A DNA stretch of 40,188 bases from the IMG/VR virus record IMGVR_UViG_3300022561_000032. One strand, given 5' to 3'. Shown piece after piece: positions 1 to 9,167 of the stretch. Position 1 is the stretch's first letter. Every line of letters starts with the position of its first letter. Made by a program: the position numbers and the translations under genes. The notes under the pieces were generated by a model that made no database searches, was not told the DNA's origin, and was given only the letters and a program-made list of their open reading frames with translations. Origin of the DNA: a virus.

Positions 1-127
1 GTCCAGGTGGCAAATACGATGAGAAAGGACCTGTTCATGCCAATGAATATGTGATTCCCATGGAAGGAACTCAGGCTGCCGGCATTCGTCCATTTATTGA
101 TTTGATGGAAATTGCACGGCGCAACGG
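1..127. repeat. Terminal overlap, copy 1 (identical to 40062..40188)
   Basis: Compared base by base by eye and found 127/127 identical. It lies inside a continuous ORF. Confidence 0.95.
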
Positions 128-419
128 GTCCTTGGCACGGTTGGATCTGAGGCCGGTAGTGCAGGCAATGGCCTCGGGAAATGGATACTCATCAGGGGGG
201 CATGCAGTGAAAGGATCTTCCTCCGGATCAGGAGTTCAGGTTAATAATCAAAGTTCATTATCTGGGATCACTTTTGAAGAGCTTAAAAGGTTTAACGATA
301 TAATGAACAGGCTAGACAAAAATGGCATCAAAGCAAGCATCAATAAATACGGTGTCAATGGGCTGGATGAAGGCATTAAAGATATCGCAAAGTTCAACGC
401 TAAAATATTCAAGAAATGA
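1..419 (+). CDS. Tail tape measure protein, C-terminal part (continuation of 37931..40188 across the circular junction)
   Basis: Same reading frame once position p is mapped to p+40061. Track ORF 51..419 covers only the part after an internal GTG. The stop TGA at 417-419 overlaps the next ATG (ATGA). Confidence 0.85.
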   Translation, partial: PGGKYDEKGPVHANEYVIPMEGTQAAGIRPFIDLMEIARRNGSLARLDLRPVVQAMASGNGYSSGGHAVKGSSSGSGVQVNNQSSLSGITFEELKRFNDIMNRLDKNGIKASINKYGVNGLDEGIKDIAKFNAKIFKK

Positions 420-2098
420 GCATTAGACTAACGGTTGACAATCAGGCTATAGTAATGCCTGTTGATGCAAGGATTTCAATTGAAAAGAACTCACCGGTTT
501 TGAACGAAAATGTAGGTTCGTTCAGTTATCCTTTCCCGGTACCTACTGAGAAAAATAGGGCAGTGTTGGGTTATCCCGGGAGATTAGAACGTGCGGGGGA
601 TATTCCTATTAAATTGTTTCGGCTGGAAGACAACGGGGTGCATATTATTTCGGGAGAAATAGAGATTGACAGCGTGACGTCTGCCGATACAGGAATAGTA
701 TTGCAGTCGGGAAATACAGAGTTTTCCAAGCGGATGAAAGATAAAAAGTTGGAGGATATCAACTACGGTGCAGAATCATGGCCGACAAATGATGATGCTC
801 TCGATTCAAAGCTGGCTTACTGGGATACTGCAAACACGACTGACAATGGTAAATATGTAATGTCATCGTTTCTGATCAAACCTATTTCGGGCACTACTCC
901 AATTGTCATCAACCGACAAAACAAAGTAACTGAAGATTTCCAGCCTACGATACTTAAAATGTTTGTTTTTGCTATGCTTAGGGTTGGCAATTTCAGTCTA
1001 CAGTTTAGAATTTCTTTCATCATCCGCAAGATTTACGAAAGTGCCGGCTATCTGATCAAAGAAGATTCTTTCAAACCTTCTCAGTTTAATAGTGCAATTT
1101 TATTTGGGAAAATTATAAACGTTGCCGATCACGGTACATTCATAATTCCTACCCTTGCTTCTCTTGAGTATTCAACATTGATGCCTGATGTAAAAGTATT
1201 GGACTTCATTAATACAGTGCAAAGTATGTTTTGCCTGGTATTTGATTTGGATGAGAAAAAGAAAGAGGTTCATATTACATTCAAAAAGGATATCTTCCTG
1301 AATGAAAGCCTTGATACAACAAAAATAACAGAACTTACAGGATGGGAACATACCGAAAAACGTGAGACAAAAGGCTATTCCCTTCAGTATACGGACCAGG
1401 ATAATGAGAATGATACCAAATATGATTATGAAATTATGACGACAGCATTCACCATGCTCCCGGCAGTTGGGGTAGAAGGAGCTACAGTTCGCGTCATTTA
1501 TGGAGTGTCACAGGCTGAGTATGAAGCAGGAGAACCTTATTATAACCGCGATTATATTGTAGTGAAAAACGCTGCTGATGTTTTGGAATGGATCGAAATT
1601 GGCAGGTTAAAGGCATCTAGGGAGGGTTATGGTGAAAATGAAATTGAAATAGATGTTAATATTCCTGATCAACAGAAATATACTTGGACCGGTCAAATTT
1701 TCGAATGTCCAACTCTCCCAGGTGTAACTTATGGCATAGATTCGCCTTTGGTTCCGGTGCCTTATCTGGCAATTTCAATTTATCGTGGGCGCAAAGGATG
1801 GGGTGCCTGCAATTATCCTTATACTTCATTTGATAGGGTTTCAATAGACGGAGAGATTGATGCAGGGGTGTCACTCAAGCCTGCCTATCTCTATGAATCA
1901 GTCTACAAAGATTTTATTAACTGGAAAACATACAGGGCGCGTGAATGCACGAAGTATCTGAAGCTTACCCTTATTGAAGTGGTGCAACTGCAATGGCGCA
2001 AAAGATATGTGATATCCGGGATCCCGATATTGTTGAACCAAGTAAGTTTTGAAGTTCCTTATAGCGGGATTGTGAAGGTGAATGGTTTCACGGCTTAG
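416..2098 (+). CDS. Tail-tip/baseplate structural protein (function by position only)
   Basis: 560-aa ORF, ATGA-coupled to the tape-measure stop. This is the position of distal tail proteins in long-tailed phages. No motif recognised. Confidence 0.7.
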   Translation: MSIRLTVDNQAIVMPVDARISIEKNSPVLNENVGSFSYPFPVPTEKNRAVLGYPGRLERAGDIPIKLFRLEDNGVHIISGEIEIDSVTSADTGIVLQSGNTEFSKRMKDKKLEDINYGAESWPTNDDALDSKLAYWDTANTTDNGKYVMSSFLIKPISGTTPIVINRQNKVTEDFQPTILKMFVFAMLRVGNFSLQFRISFIIRKIYESAGYLIKEDSFKPSQFNSAILFGKIINVADHGTFIIPTLASLEYSTLMPDVKVLDFINTVQSMFCLVFDLDEKKKEVHITFKKDIFLNESLDTTKITELTGWEHTEKRETKGYSLQYTDQDNENDTKYDYEIMTTAFTMLPAVGVEGATVRVIYGVSQAEYEAGEPYYNRDYIVVKNAADVLEWIEIGRLKASREGYGENEIEIDVNIPDQQKYTWTGQIFECPTLPGVTYGIDSPLVPVPYLAISIYRGRKGWGACNYPYTSFDRVSIDGEIDAGVSLKPAYLYESVYKDFINWKTYRARECTKYLKLTLIEVVQLQWRKRYVISGIPILLNQVSFEVPYSGIVKVNGFTA

Positions 2099-2162
2099 GC
2101 CGGAACCTGTCCTTTCCTGAAAGCATACTACTACATATTTTCACCCTCAGAAATAATCAGCT

Positions 2163-3818
2163 ATGGCAATTACTGTATCAATCATAGATCAACCCTCAAT
2201 CGTATCACTGGCCGCGAACCCTGTCAATTTTGTGGCATCGTCATCGGTAGCAGGAAAAACAAACCTGTACATCCACCTTTCCATCCTTCAATATGAGGGC
2301 GCTGCATGGGTGGAGACTGGTTTTGAGGATGCTATATCGGTGGTGGGCGGTGAAGCTTCTTTTCCTATTCAGGCTTATTTTGATTCAGTGCTGAAACCTG
2401 CCTTTACCTTCCCGGAGCATTACACAAATATATGCATAGCCCAGCCAGGAATGGTTACCCGATACCGGGTTAAAGTTTGGGAAACCTACATTGAAAATAA
2501 CGGTACAATCGTGGATAAAAAGGCAACCGAAAGCTTGACTTTTGACCAGGACTTTTATGTTGTTCCCGGTGCTGTCTCCGAAGATGACCAGGGGATGCTT
2601 AATACACTTTCACAAACTTGGTGGGATGAATGGGTAACCCGCCAATCATTTCAGCATTGGTTGCCAGGCGTGAAGAAGACGAGCATCGCGGCTGTTGAAA
2701 AACTGTACTGGATTGCCAGGCGCACGGCTGCCGAAACGGTTTCAATTGCCTGGGTTGGCTCTGATGGGACGACCGGCACTGCAACCGTAGCTTTTGATAT
2801 GACTATATACGGAATGTACGAATTGTGCGTTTCTCCAGCCATTGCTGAACAACTGGCGGGGAAAGCACTGGCAAGTTATACGGTGTCGATCGTTGGTCAA
2901 TCAGAAACGGTTGGTTATACCATCGACAGATCTTACTATGAGAATCAGGAATACTTTCTCCTGGCGAACGCCTTTGGTTGCTACGAAACTTTATGGTGTC
3001 GTGGTGCCCGCTCGGGAGAACTTGAATTTGCACGCACTCAATATGAGCGCTCACTTGGATCAAGTTACCTGCAAACCGACCGTAAGCTGGGCGCTACCCG
3101 TGCCATGACTACCCGAAACCGCAAATCAAATACCGGATGGTTCGACACCGATAACTGGTTTAACTGGGCTCTTGCTCTGCTAGCCGGTGAAGATGCATGG
3201 ATTTATACTCCTACCAACTTGGCGCCAGTGGTGATGGTTGGTGAAAAGTCAACCTACATTGATGATATGCAGGAAGACCCATGGAATTTGGAAATAGAGT
3301 GGAAATACTCGCGTGAAGGAATGTTAGGAGGTGGATTAAACCTGACAATGAAATATGTGTTGCCTCCTTTCTATTCGAAAGTAGCAGCTTTCTTCAATCG
3401 TACAGATCGTGGATCTCTTATAGATGTAATTGGCGGACTGACCGCTCCGCAAACAGGCATCAACATAGCATGGCCTGATATTGCCACTTCTGATGTGTTA
3501 GATTTTAGCGATGCAACCTACTGGGATCAGGCATTGATTGCAGCAGCCGGTTGGTACAATGCCACTACTCCCCGAACCTGCCCGCTTGCATGGATGCAGG
3601 GCTGGGCATGGGCCGAAGCTGCTACTGATGCCACTCATGCACGATTATTCCATAAGGACTATACAACAAATTTGCGAAGTATGATGCCTCTGTTGGTGTA
3701 TAGTCAGGACTTAACTACTGTTGAACAGGCTACAGTAGTGAAATGGCTGGAGTGGTATTTTACGATCTGGCAGGGAACGAGTATTTTAAAAGAAGGAAAT
3801 AACGTAATAATACAATAG
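2163..3818 (+). CDS. Tail-tip/baseplate structural protein (function by position only)
   Basis: 551-aa ORF between the post-tape-measure gene and the fibre. No motif recognised. Confidence 0.7.
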   Translation: MAITVSIIDQPSIVSLAANPVNFVASSSVAGKTNLYIHLSILQYEGAAWVETGFEDAISVVGGEASFPIQAYFDSVLKPAFTFPEHYTNICIAQPGMVTRYRVKVWETYIENNGTIVDKKATESLTFDQDFYVVPGAVSEDDQGMLNTLSQTWWDEWVTRQSFQHWLPGVKKTSIAAVEKLYWIARRTAAETVSIAWVGSDGTTGTATVAFDMTIYGMYELCVSPAIAEQLAGKALASYTVSIVGQSETVGYTIDRSYYENQEYFLLANAFGCYETLWCRGARSGELEFARTQYERSLGSSYLQTDRKLGATRAMTTRNRKSNTGWFDTDNWFNWALALLAGEDAWIYTPTNLAPVVMVGEKSTYIDDMQEDPWNLEIEWKYSREGMLGGGLNLTMKYVLPPFYSKVAAFFNRTDRGSLIDVIGGLTAPQTGINIAWPDIATSDVLDFSDATYWDQALIAAAGWYNATTPRTCPLAWMQGWAWAEAATDATHARLFHKDYTTNLRSMMPLLVYSQDLTTVEQATVVKWLEWYFTIWQGTSILKEGNNVIIQ

Positions 3819-3823
3819 ATATC

Positions 3824-6676
3824 ATGAGTAAAATTCAAGATGTAGATGCAAGGCTTTTCAAAGCTCATAAATCGTGGTTAAAATCAATTGATAGTGCCCT
3901 TATTTTTATGGGGTTCGCCGCTCCTGGTGATGCGACTCCGGCTGCTATCCTCAATCAGGTTTACATGGTTACTGCTACTGGTACGGTATTTGGATTGGCT
4001 GCCGTAGATGGTAATTTTTTGAAGGGTGATGTAGCGGGATGGGGAATGCTAAATATTAATGGTAGTTATGGGGAAATGAGTCAGAAAGCAAATAAAATAG
4101 ATTTGCTAATTGAAGCTGATATACTATCAATACTATTCCCTTTTAAAGCGCTTACAAATACAGCTACAGCGTCAATAGATAACCACTTGACGATGCAAGC
4201 TGGTTCTATTTGTTTCGGTACGGCATTTGGCTGGAATATACCAATAAATTATAGGAGTATTTCTTTTACTATTACTTCAACAAAAAATATAACGGGATTA
4301 TTCGTTTATTTATCAAGAACAGATAGTGGAGAAACAATTGAGTTATTTCCAATATCATGGACGGATATGGGAAATGGGTTATTTGAGTTTTCAGAAAATT
4401 ATACAATATTAAACAACGACGATAGAAGGTTATTTGTAATGAAATTTGATCAATCAGTTGTTGCGGAGACCACTGAGATATATTTTAAATCAATTATCAG
4501 TGGAAAGTCGTTTTCTGAATCGTTAAATAATCAAAAAAATCAATCTGACAGTATAAATAGCAGGTTGGTTTTAATTGAAGATGTAGTTACTAATGTTTTA
4601 TTATCCTCACTGATACCTTACAATAATGCAATTGACGGGGCTATTATATCCGTAGACAATCATTTAATTTTACCACTTGGGACGACTTGTCTATATGCAG
4701 TATTAGGATGGAATATTCCACTTCCTTTTAAAAATATATCATTCACGATTTATTCAACAAAAAATGTAGCGGGATTATTTGTATACGTTTCAAAATCGGA
4801 TCATACAAATAATATTGAATTATTTGAAATTACATGGACTGTTTTAGATAATGGAATATTTAGCTTTACTGGTGATTGTACGACTTTTGAAGCTGATAAC
4901 ACCATTTTGTTTATAATGAAATTGGGCAGCAATATTCTGAGTGAAAACGCAGAAATATATTTTAAATCAATTTCTGACAATGACAAGCAATGGTTAAATG
5001 TATCATTGGCAAATCAAAAAGTATCAATTGACAATCTGAATGACAGAATGGCTATAATTGAAAATTTAGGAACTGGGGAAATATTAAATTCACTGATACC
5101 TTATATTAATACAATTGATGGTGCTTCAGCTTCTTCAGACAATCATTTAACACTTCAATCAGGATTTGCAAATTTAGGGGCTGTTATTGGGTATCAGATT
5201 CCATTTAATTACAGGAAATTATCATTTACAATAATTTCGACTAAAAATATAGCTGGTTTATTTGTCTTTTTATCAAAGTTAGATCATTCAAATAATATTC
5301 AATTATTTCCGATTGTTTGGACTAATTTAGGGAATGGAACATTTAAGTTCTCAGGAAATTACACCATATTAGGTGCTGAAGATGCTATTCTATTTGTAAT
5401 GAAATATGATTCAATAATTGTTCCCACAACTACTGAAATATATTTTAAATCAATAGTCGATGAAGGAAGCCCAACGGTTGAACTTGGCGAAGTTAAAGGC
5501 ATACCAACTGCATTTTTAGGAACGGATGGGATAGCTACGAATTTAGGAACAGCGATAAAACAAAATGGTAAAATCACAAGTATAACATTTAATGCAGTCC
5601 AAACAGGTTCAGCTAATTTTGTGCTGGGGTTAATTGATCAATGGGGTAAGGCAATTACTGATTCGCCGTTTAGTGTCTTAGTGACATATACGGGAGTTCA
5701 AACGCATTATGTAAATATTCCAATTAAATTAGGTCAACAAGTATTTGTATTGCTTAATACAAAAGTGATAGGAAAAACCACTTATGACGTGTATAGCCTT
5801 AATAAGCTAATTTATAATATTACAGGAAGATATGATGTTGTTACGCCGTTTAATGGGGCAAATGGCGGTTCTTTAAATTTAAAATATACAGCTGAATATG
5901 TTTCTGAAACCGTTTCATCTCTATCGCTTGTGGTAGATAATATTAGCAACAGAGTTGCAGCTATGGAGTCTGTAACCTATATTACAGATGACACAACAGG
6001 ATTAAAATACAAACTATTAGTCAACAATGGGATTCTTTCAATTAAATCAACAGCAATAAAAAAGGCTTTGGCTTTGGGTAATTCAATTACAAAGCATCCA
6101 ATAACTTCTTTTTGGTGGGGACTTTGGGGTATGGCGGCAACTATACGCGCAAAGGATTGGGTTCATGTACTTGAATCTATACTAAAAATAAAAGATGTAA
6201 CAGCCGTTGTTAATGCACTGGAAATAGGAGATTTTGAAAGAAATCCATTAACGTTTGATAAATCATTTCTTGATTCATCACTAACTATTGATTTAGATTT
6301 GGTTCTCCTGCGAATTGGCGAAAATGTAGGTGATGAAACAAATTATAGCGCAAATTTTATATCATTGATTGAGTATATCTGGAGTAAGGTTCCCAATTGT
6401 CAAATCATAGTTGGTGGAACATTTTGGGAAAGTATTTCGAAAAATACAATAATGAAGGCGGCGTCTATTGCAAGGGGAATTATATTTGTGGATATGTCTT
6501 CCATGTGGGGAAAACCTCAATATAGCAGTTCAATGGAAACATTGGTTTATGGTGATGATTTCATTTGGCATTCAATTTCAGAAGGTGGTTCAACGGCGCC
6601 AGGGGTTGCCGCACATCCGGGCGATTTAGGACATCAAACAATTGCTGAATTATTTGCTGCGGCATTAGGTTACTAA
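3824..6676 (+). CDS. Tail fibre / receptor-binding protein with C-terminal SGNH (GDSL-like) esterase domain
   Basis: 950 aa. About 85 N-terminal residues are followed by three tandem modules of about 160 aa, a further beta-rich module, and then the SGNH blocks LALGNSITKHP, WGMAAT, RIGENV and AAHPGDLGHQTIA. Confidence 0.8.
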   Translation: MSKIQDVDARLFKAHKSWLKSIDSALIFMGFAAPGDATPAAILNQVYMVTATGTVFGLAAVDGNFLKGDVAGWGMLNINGSYGEMSQKANKIDLLIEADILSILFPFKALTNTATASIDNHLTMQAGSICFGTAFGWNIPINYRSISFTITSTKNITGLFVYLSRTDSGETIELFPISWTDMGNGLFEFSENYTILNNDDRRLFVMKFDQSVVAETTEIYFKSIISGKSFSESLNNQKNQSDSINSRLVLIEDVVTNVLLSSLIPYNNAIDGAIISVDNHLILPLGTTCLYAVLGWNIPLPFKNISFTIYSTKNVAGLFVYVSKSDHTNNIELFEITWTVLDNGIFSFTGDCTTFEADNTILFIMKLGSNILSENAEIYFKSISDNDKQWLNVSLANQKVSIDNLNDRMAIIENLGTGEILNSLIPYINTIDGASASSDNHLTLQSGFANLGAVIGYQIPFNYRKLSFTIISTKNIAGLFVFLSKLDHSNNIQLFPIVWTNLGNGTFKFSGNYTILGAEDAILFVMKYDSIIVPTTTEIYFKSIVDEGSPTVELGEVKGIPTAFLGTDGIATNLGTAIKQNGKITSITFNAVQTGSANFVLGLIDQWGKAITDSPFSVLVTYTGVQTHYVNIPIKLGQQVFVLLNTKVIGKTTYDVYSLNKLIYNITGRYDVVTPFNGANGGSLNLKYTAEYVSETVSSLSLVVDNISNRVAAMESVTYITDDTTGLKYKLLVNNGILSIKSTAIKKALALGNSITKHPITSFWWGLWGMAATIRAKDWVHVLESILKIKDVTAVVNALEIGDFERNPLTFDKSFLDSSLTIDLDLVLLRIGENVGDETNYSANFISLIEYIWSKVPNCQIIVGGTFWESISKNTIMKAASIARGIIFVDMSSMWGKPQYSSSMETLVYGDDFIWHSISEGGSTAPGVAAHPGDLGHQTIAELFAAALGY
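4121..5460 (+). repeat. Three tandem coding repeats (about 477-483 nt each) inside the fibre gene
   Basis: The 20-mer g(a/g)a(a/t)atatattttaaatcaat (identical at 4952 and 5435; two mismatches at 4475) recurs at 4475, 4952 and 5435. The protein modules align collinearly (DNHL..., GWNIP/GYQIP, SFTI.STKN..GLFV, EIYFKSI). Confidence 0.9.
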
Positions 6677-6731
6677 TATTGAGGGGTTCTAAAATAACAG
6701 GTTCATCGGATACTGATGAAATATATTTAAT

Positions 6732-6739
6732 TAAATTTG
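6732..6739 (+). promoter_or_regulatory. Candidate Bacteroidota-type -7 box TAAATTTG for the SGNH moron
   Basis: Perfect TAnnTTTG match 25 nt upstream of ATG 6764. The motif is short and expected by chance about 20 times in 40 kb, so this call rests on position. Confidence 0.4.
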
Positions 6740-6763
6740 AGCTGTTATAAAAACACAAATTTT

Positions 6764-7615
6764 ATGAAAAGGAAAATTGTATTTGTTATTATTATTCAAT
6801 TGATTTTAAATATTATTTTAGGAGGATATTTAATTTATAGTAAAAGAACAGGAATTAGTTTAAAGATTAAAAAGGTCTTTTCAAAAGAGACGATTGTTAC
6901 AAAAGACCAATTAAGTAAAATGAATAAAACTTTAATGCCAGTATTTATTGATACAAGTAATAATAAATCAGGAAAATCTTATAAAATCCTAGTAATTGGA
7001 AATAGTTTATCTTATCATCCGTTATTGGAAAACATTGGTTGGAATCATATAAGTGGTATGGCTGCAACTAAACAGGAGAATGATTTTGCACACTTAATTT
7101 TCAAAAAGGTAGAGAGCAAATTACCCAACCAAAATATTTCTATTCGAATTTCTAATTTATTCGCATTTGAAAAAAATTTTAAAACTTTTAATTTTATAAC
7201 TATTGATAGCCTAATTAGTTATAAGCCTGATTTAATTATTTTTCAATTAGGTGAAAATGTTTTATTTGATGAAATAAATACACCTGTATTATTTGAAAAT
7301 AAATATGTTGATTTAATAAATTGTTTCAAAAAAGATAGTACTCCTATAATCATTTGCACTACACCATTTTTCCCATCCTTGGAAAAAAATGAAATTATTG
7401 AAAAAGTTACATTAACTACTAGAAGTTATTTAGTTGATCTATCTCATTTACCATTATTGGATGAAGAAAATTATGCAAAAAATGAAAATGATTATAAAGG
7501 AAATAAAAATGATTGGAAAGATGGTGGCATAGGTGTACACCCTGGGGATTATGGAATGCGGAATATTGCACAACAAATATTTATTACAATAAATGCAACA
7601 GTAAATTCACATTAA
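6764..7615 (+). CDS. Membrane-anchored SGNH (GDSL-like) esterase, moron-like
   Basis: ATG 6764 is preferred over the track's TTG 6737. An N-terminal hydrophobic helix (IVFVIIIQLILNIILGGYLIY) is followed by VIGNSLSYHP, SGMAAT, QLGENV and VHPGDYGMRNIA, collinear with the fibre C-terminus. Confidence 0.8.
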   Translation: MKRKIVFVIIIQLILNIILGGYLIYSKRTGISLKIKKVFSKETIVTKDQLSKMNKTLMPVFIDTSNNKSGKSYKILVIGNSLSYHPLLENIGWNHISGMAATKQENDFAHLIFKKVESKLPNQNISIRISNLFAFEKNFKTFNFITIDSLISYKPDLIIFQLGENVLFDEINTPVLFENKYVDLINCFKKDSTPIIICTTPFFPSLEKNEIIEKVTLTTRSYLVDLSHLPLLDEENYAKNENDYKGNKNDWKDGGIGVHPGDYGMRNIAQQIFITINATVNSH

Positions 7616-7640
7616 TAGAATTCATTTCTCACTTCATACG

Positions 7641-7669
7641 AAGCGTGTCCAACTGGATGCGCTTTTTTT
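7641..7669 (+). terminator. Intrinsic terminator after the SGNH moron
   Basis: AAGCGTGTCCA/TGGATGCGCTT stem (two G-T wobbles) followed by a T7 run. Confidence 0.6.
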
Positions 7670-7805
7670 ATGTCTTAATGCCAGTAAAACTTGATTAGTG
7701 GTTTGATTTTTTGTCCTTTCGTGAGGCAGGAATTTGGGGCAACTTTGAATCATAGAAAAACAAACGCAATCTTCCCGGCTCGCGAGGGTCCTAAACTAAA
7801 AAGGT

Positions 7806-8294
7806 ATGACTGAAAAGGATATTAACTCAATGAGAATGATGATAACCGACTTACTGGCTACCCATACTGAAAAAATTGAAGGAAAATTTAATGTAATAGC
7901 TGTTGAGTTATTAGCAATTAAGGTGCAGACTACCAAGACTAATGGCAGGGTTAATCGACATGATGAAGAGTTTAAGCTGATATCAAAGGCTGAGGATATG
8001 CATGTAATCAATTGTCCGCATAACAAGCCTGTTGCCGATTTTGTTGCCATTCGAAGATACTGGAAACCGATTGTTGCCGGACTCGCTGTAATGGGATGTC
8101 TGGCAGTAGTCGGAGCATACGTCACGGTCGATAATTTCCATCAATTATTTCAGAAAGACATTGTAATAGAAAAAAGAGTTGATGATAATACAGAAGGTGT
8201 GATTGATACAAAGGAAGATGTATCGAATATTAAAGATGCTGTGAATAAACAGGGAGTCACAAATGCGTATGAATACGGTAAGAATGAAAAGTGA
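7806..8294 (+). CDS. Single-pass membrane/coiled-coil protein, possible holin or lysis accessory
   Basis: 162 aa with one hydrophobic helix (IVAGLAVMGCLAVVGAYVTV). It is the first gene of the block containing the cell-wall hydrolase. Confidence 0.6.
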   Translation: MTEKDINSMRMMITDLLATHTEKIEGKFNVIAVELLAIKVQTTKTNGRVNRHDEEFKLISKAEDMHVINCPHNKPVADFVAIRRYWKPIVAGLAVMGCLAVVGAYVTVDNFHQLFQKDIVIEKRVDDNTEGVIDTKEDVSNIKDAVNKQGVTNAYEYGKNEK

Positions 8295-8317
8295 ATAATC
8301 ATCAATAAAATAAAAAT

Positions 8318-9157
8318 ATGAAAATTGTTCAGAAATTTTTAGTTGCAGTAAGATCTTATTTTATTACAGGCAATTTCAAGGAAGAGATCATTTCGATACC
8401 GATAATGATTCTCGGATTCTTCGCGTTAAACTGGGGACTTGGAAAACTATTTCCTTCGTCGGCTTTCTTTGATTTTTTCAGTCAGGTTGAAACCATTGCC
8501 TTCCGGGTATTGGCTTATGTAGTAACGATCACCATGGCATGGCTGGGATTGCGGATCATGTTCCCCTCAGTATATAAGTATTTACATGAGGAGTTTTATC
8601 ACAACTTCGATACCATGCAGGAGGAAGATAAAAGGAAATGGGGCATCAGGATATTCCTGGTGTTGTTGATTTGCGCTGCCTTAGTATCATCAGGGAGAGC
8701 AGGAACCAGGGAAGAGCTGACAAAAAAGTTGTACTCTGAATTGTATGTCCGGGAAGTTACCCCTAACAGCAGTCCAGAAATTGATACTTTCCTATCTGCA
8801 GTTGGTGTATATGTTCCGGCGCCATGGTGTGTGGCTTTTGTTTCCTACAACCTCAGTTCATTCAATGTTCCCAATCCAGCGACGGCATGGTCACCCGACT
8901 ATGCCAGGGTAAAAAATATTATTTGGACTCCGAAAAAGCCTACAATCAAACCACTGGCCGGTGATGTGTTTACGCTTTACTTTTCATCGATGAAAAGGGT
9001 TGGGCACGGTGGTTTTTATATCAAAACTGACAAATCGGGGTATTTCATCACAATTGAAGGGAACACAAATGGAATGGGATCCCGTGAAGGCGATGGGGTA
9101 TATGTGAAGAAAAGAGCGCCTGAAAAAATTTATGCAATCACTCGTTTCATTAAATAA
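8318..9157 (+). CDS. Membrane-anchored CHAP/NlpC-P60-like peptidoglycan hydrolase (endolysin candidate)
   Basis: About 125 N-terminal residues carry three hydrophobic helices. The C-terminal Cys/His signature PAPWCVAFVSY ... GDVFTLYF ... RVGHGGFY ... IEGNTN matches CHAP / TIGR02594-type phage hydrolases from memory. Confidence 0.75.
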   Translation: MKIVQKFLVAVRSYFITGNFKEEIISIPIMILGFFALNWGLGKLFPSSAFFDFFSQVETIAFRVLAYVVTITMAWLGLRIMFPSVYKYLHEEFYHNFDTMQEEDKRKWGIRIFLVLLICAALVSSGRAGTREELTKKLYSELYVREVTPNSSPEIDTFLSAVGVYVPAPWCVAFVSYNLSSFNVPNPATAWSPDYARVKNIIWTPKKPTIKPLAGDVFTLYFSSMKRVGHGGFYIKTDKSGYFITIEGNTNGMGSREGDGVYVKKRAPEKIYAITRFIK

Positions 9158-9167
9158 ATCTATCCAG

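Noticed and set aside
1-127. 127-nt terminal repeat as a true phage direct terminal repeat or an att duplication
   Set aside because: It sits in the middle of the tape-measure reading frame, and its length equals a common assembler k-mer. It is far more likely a circular-assembly overlap.
3824-6676. Diversity-generating retroelement targeting the repeated fibre modules
   Set aside because: No reverse transcriptase ORF exists anywhere in the window, and there is no template-repeat/variable-repeat pair of near-identical DNA. The modules are diverged at all base types.
6737-6763. Non-ATG upstream starts used by the ORF track (6737, 9132, 13985, 17718, 20432, 28177, 36281)
   Set aside because: In each case a downstream ATG lies just after the previous gene's stop or after a promoter-like box, and it removes an overlap or an implausible N-terminal extension. 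The ATG starts were used instead, but this is unverified.
7771-7790. Shared motif C(T/C)TCCCnn(C/T)TCGCGAGGGT upstream of the lysis block (7771-7790) and of the VirE-type gene (20908-20927)
   Set aside because: There are only two copies. An exact 10-mer pair is expected many times by chance in 40 kb. The 17/20 extended match and intergenic location are suggestive but not enough to call a regulatory site.
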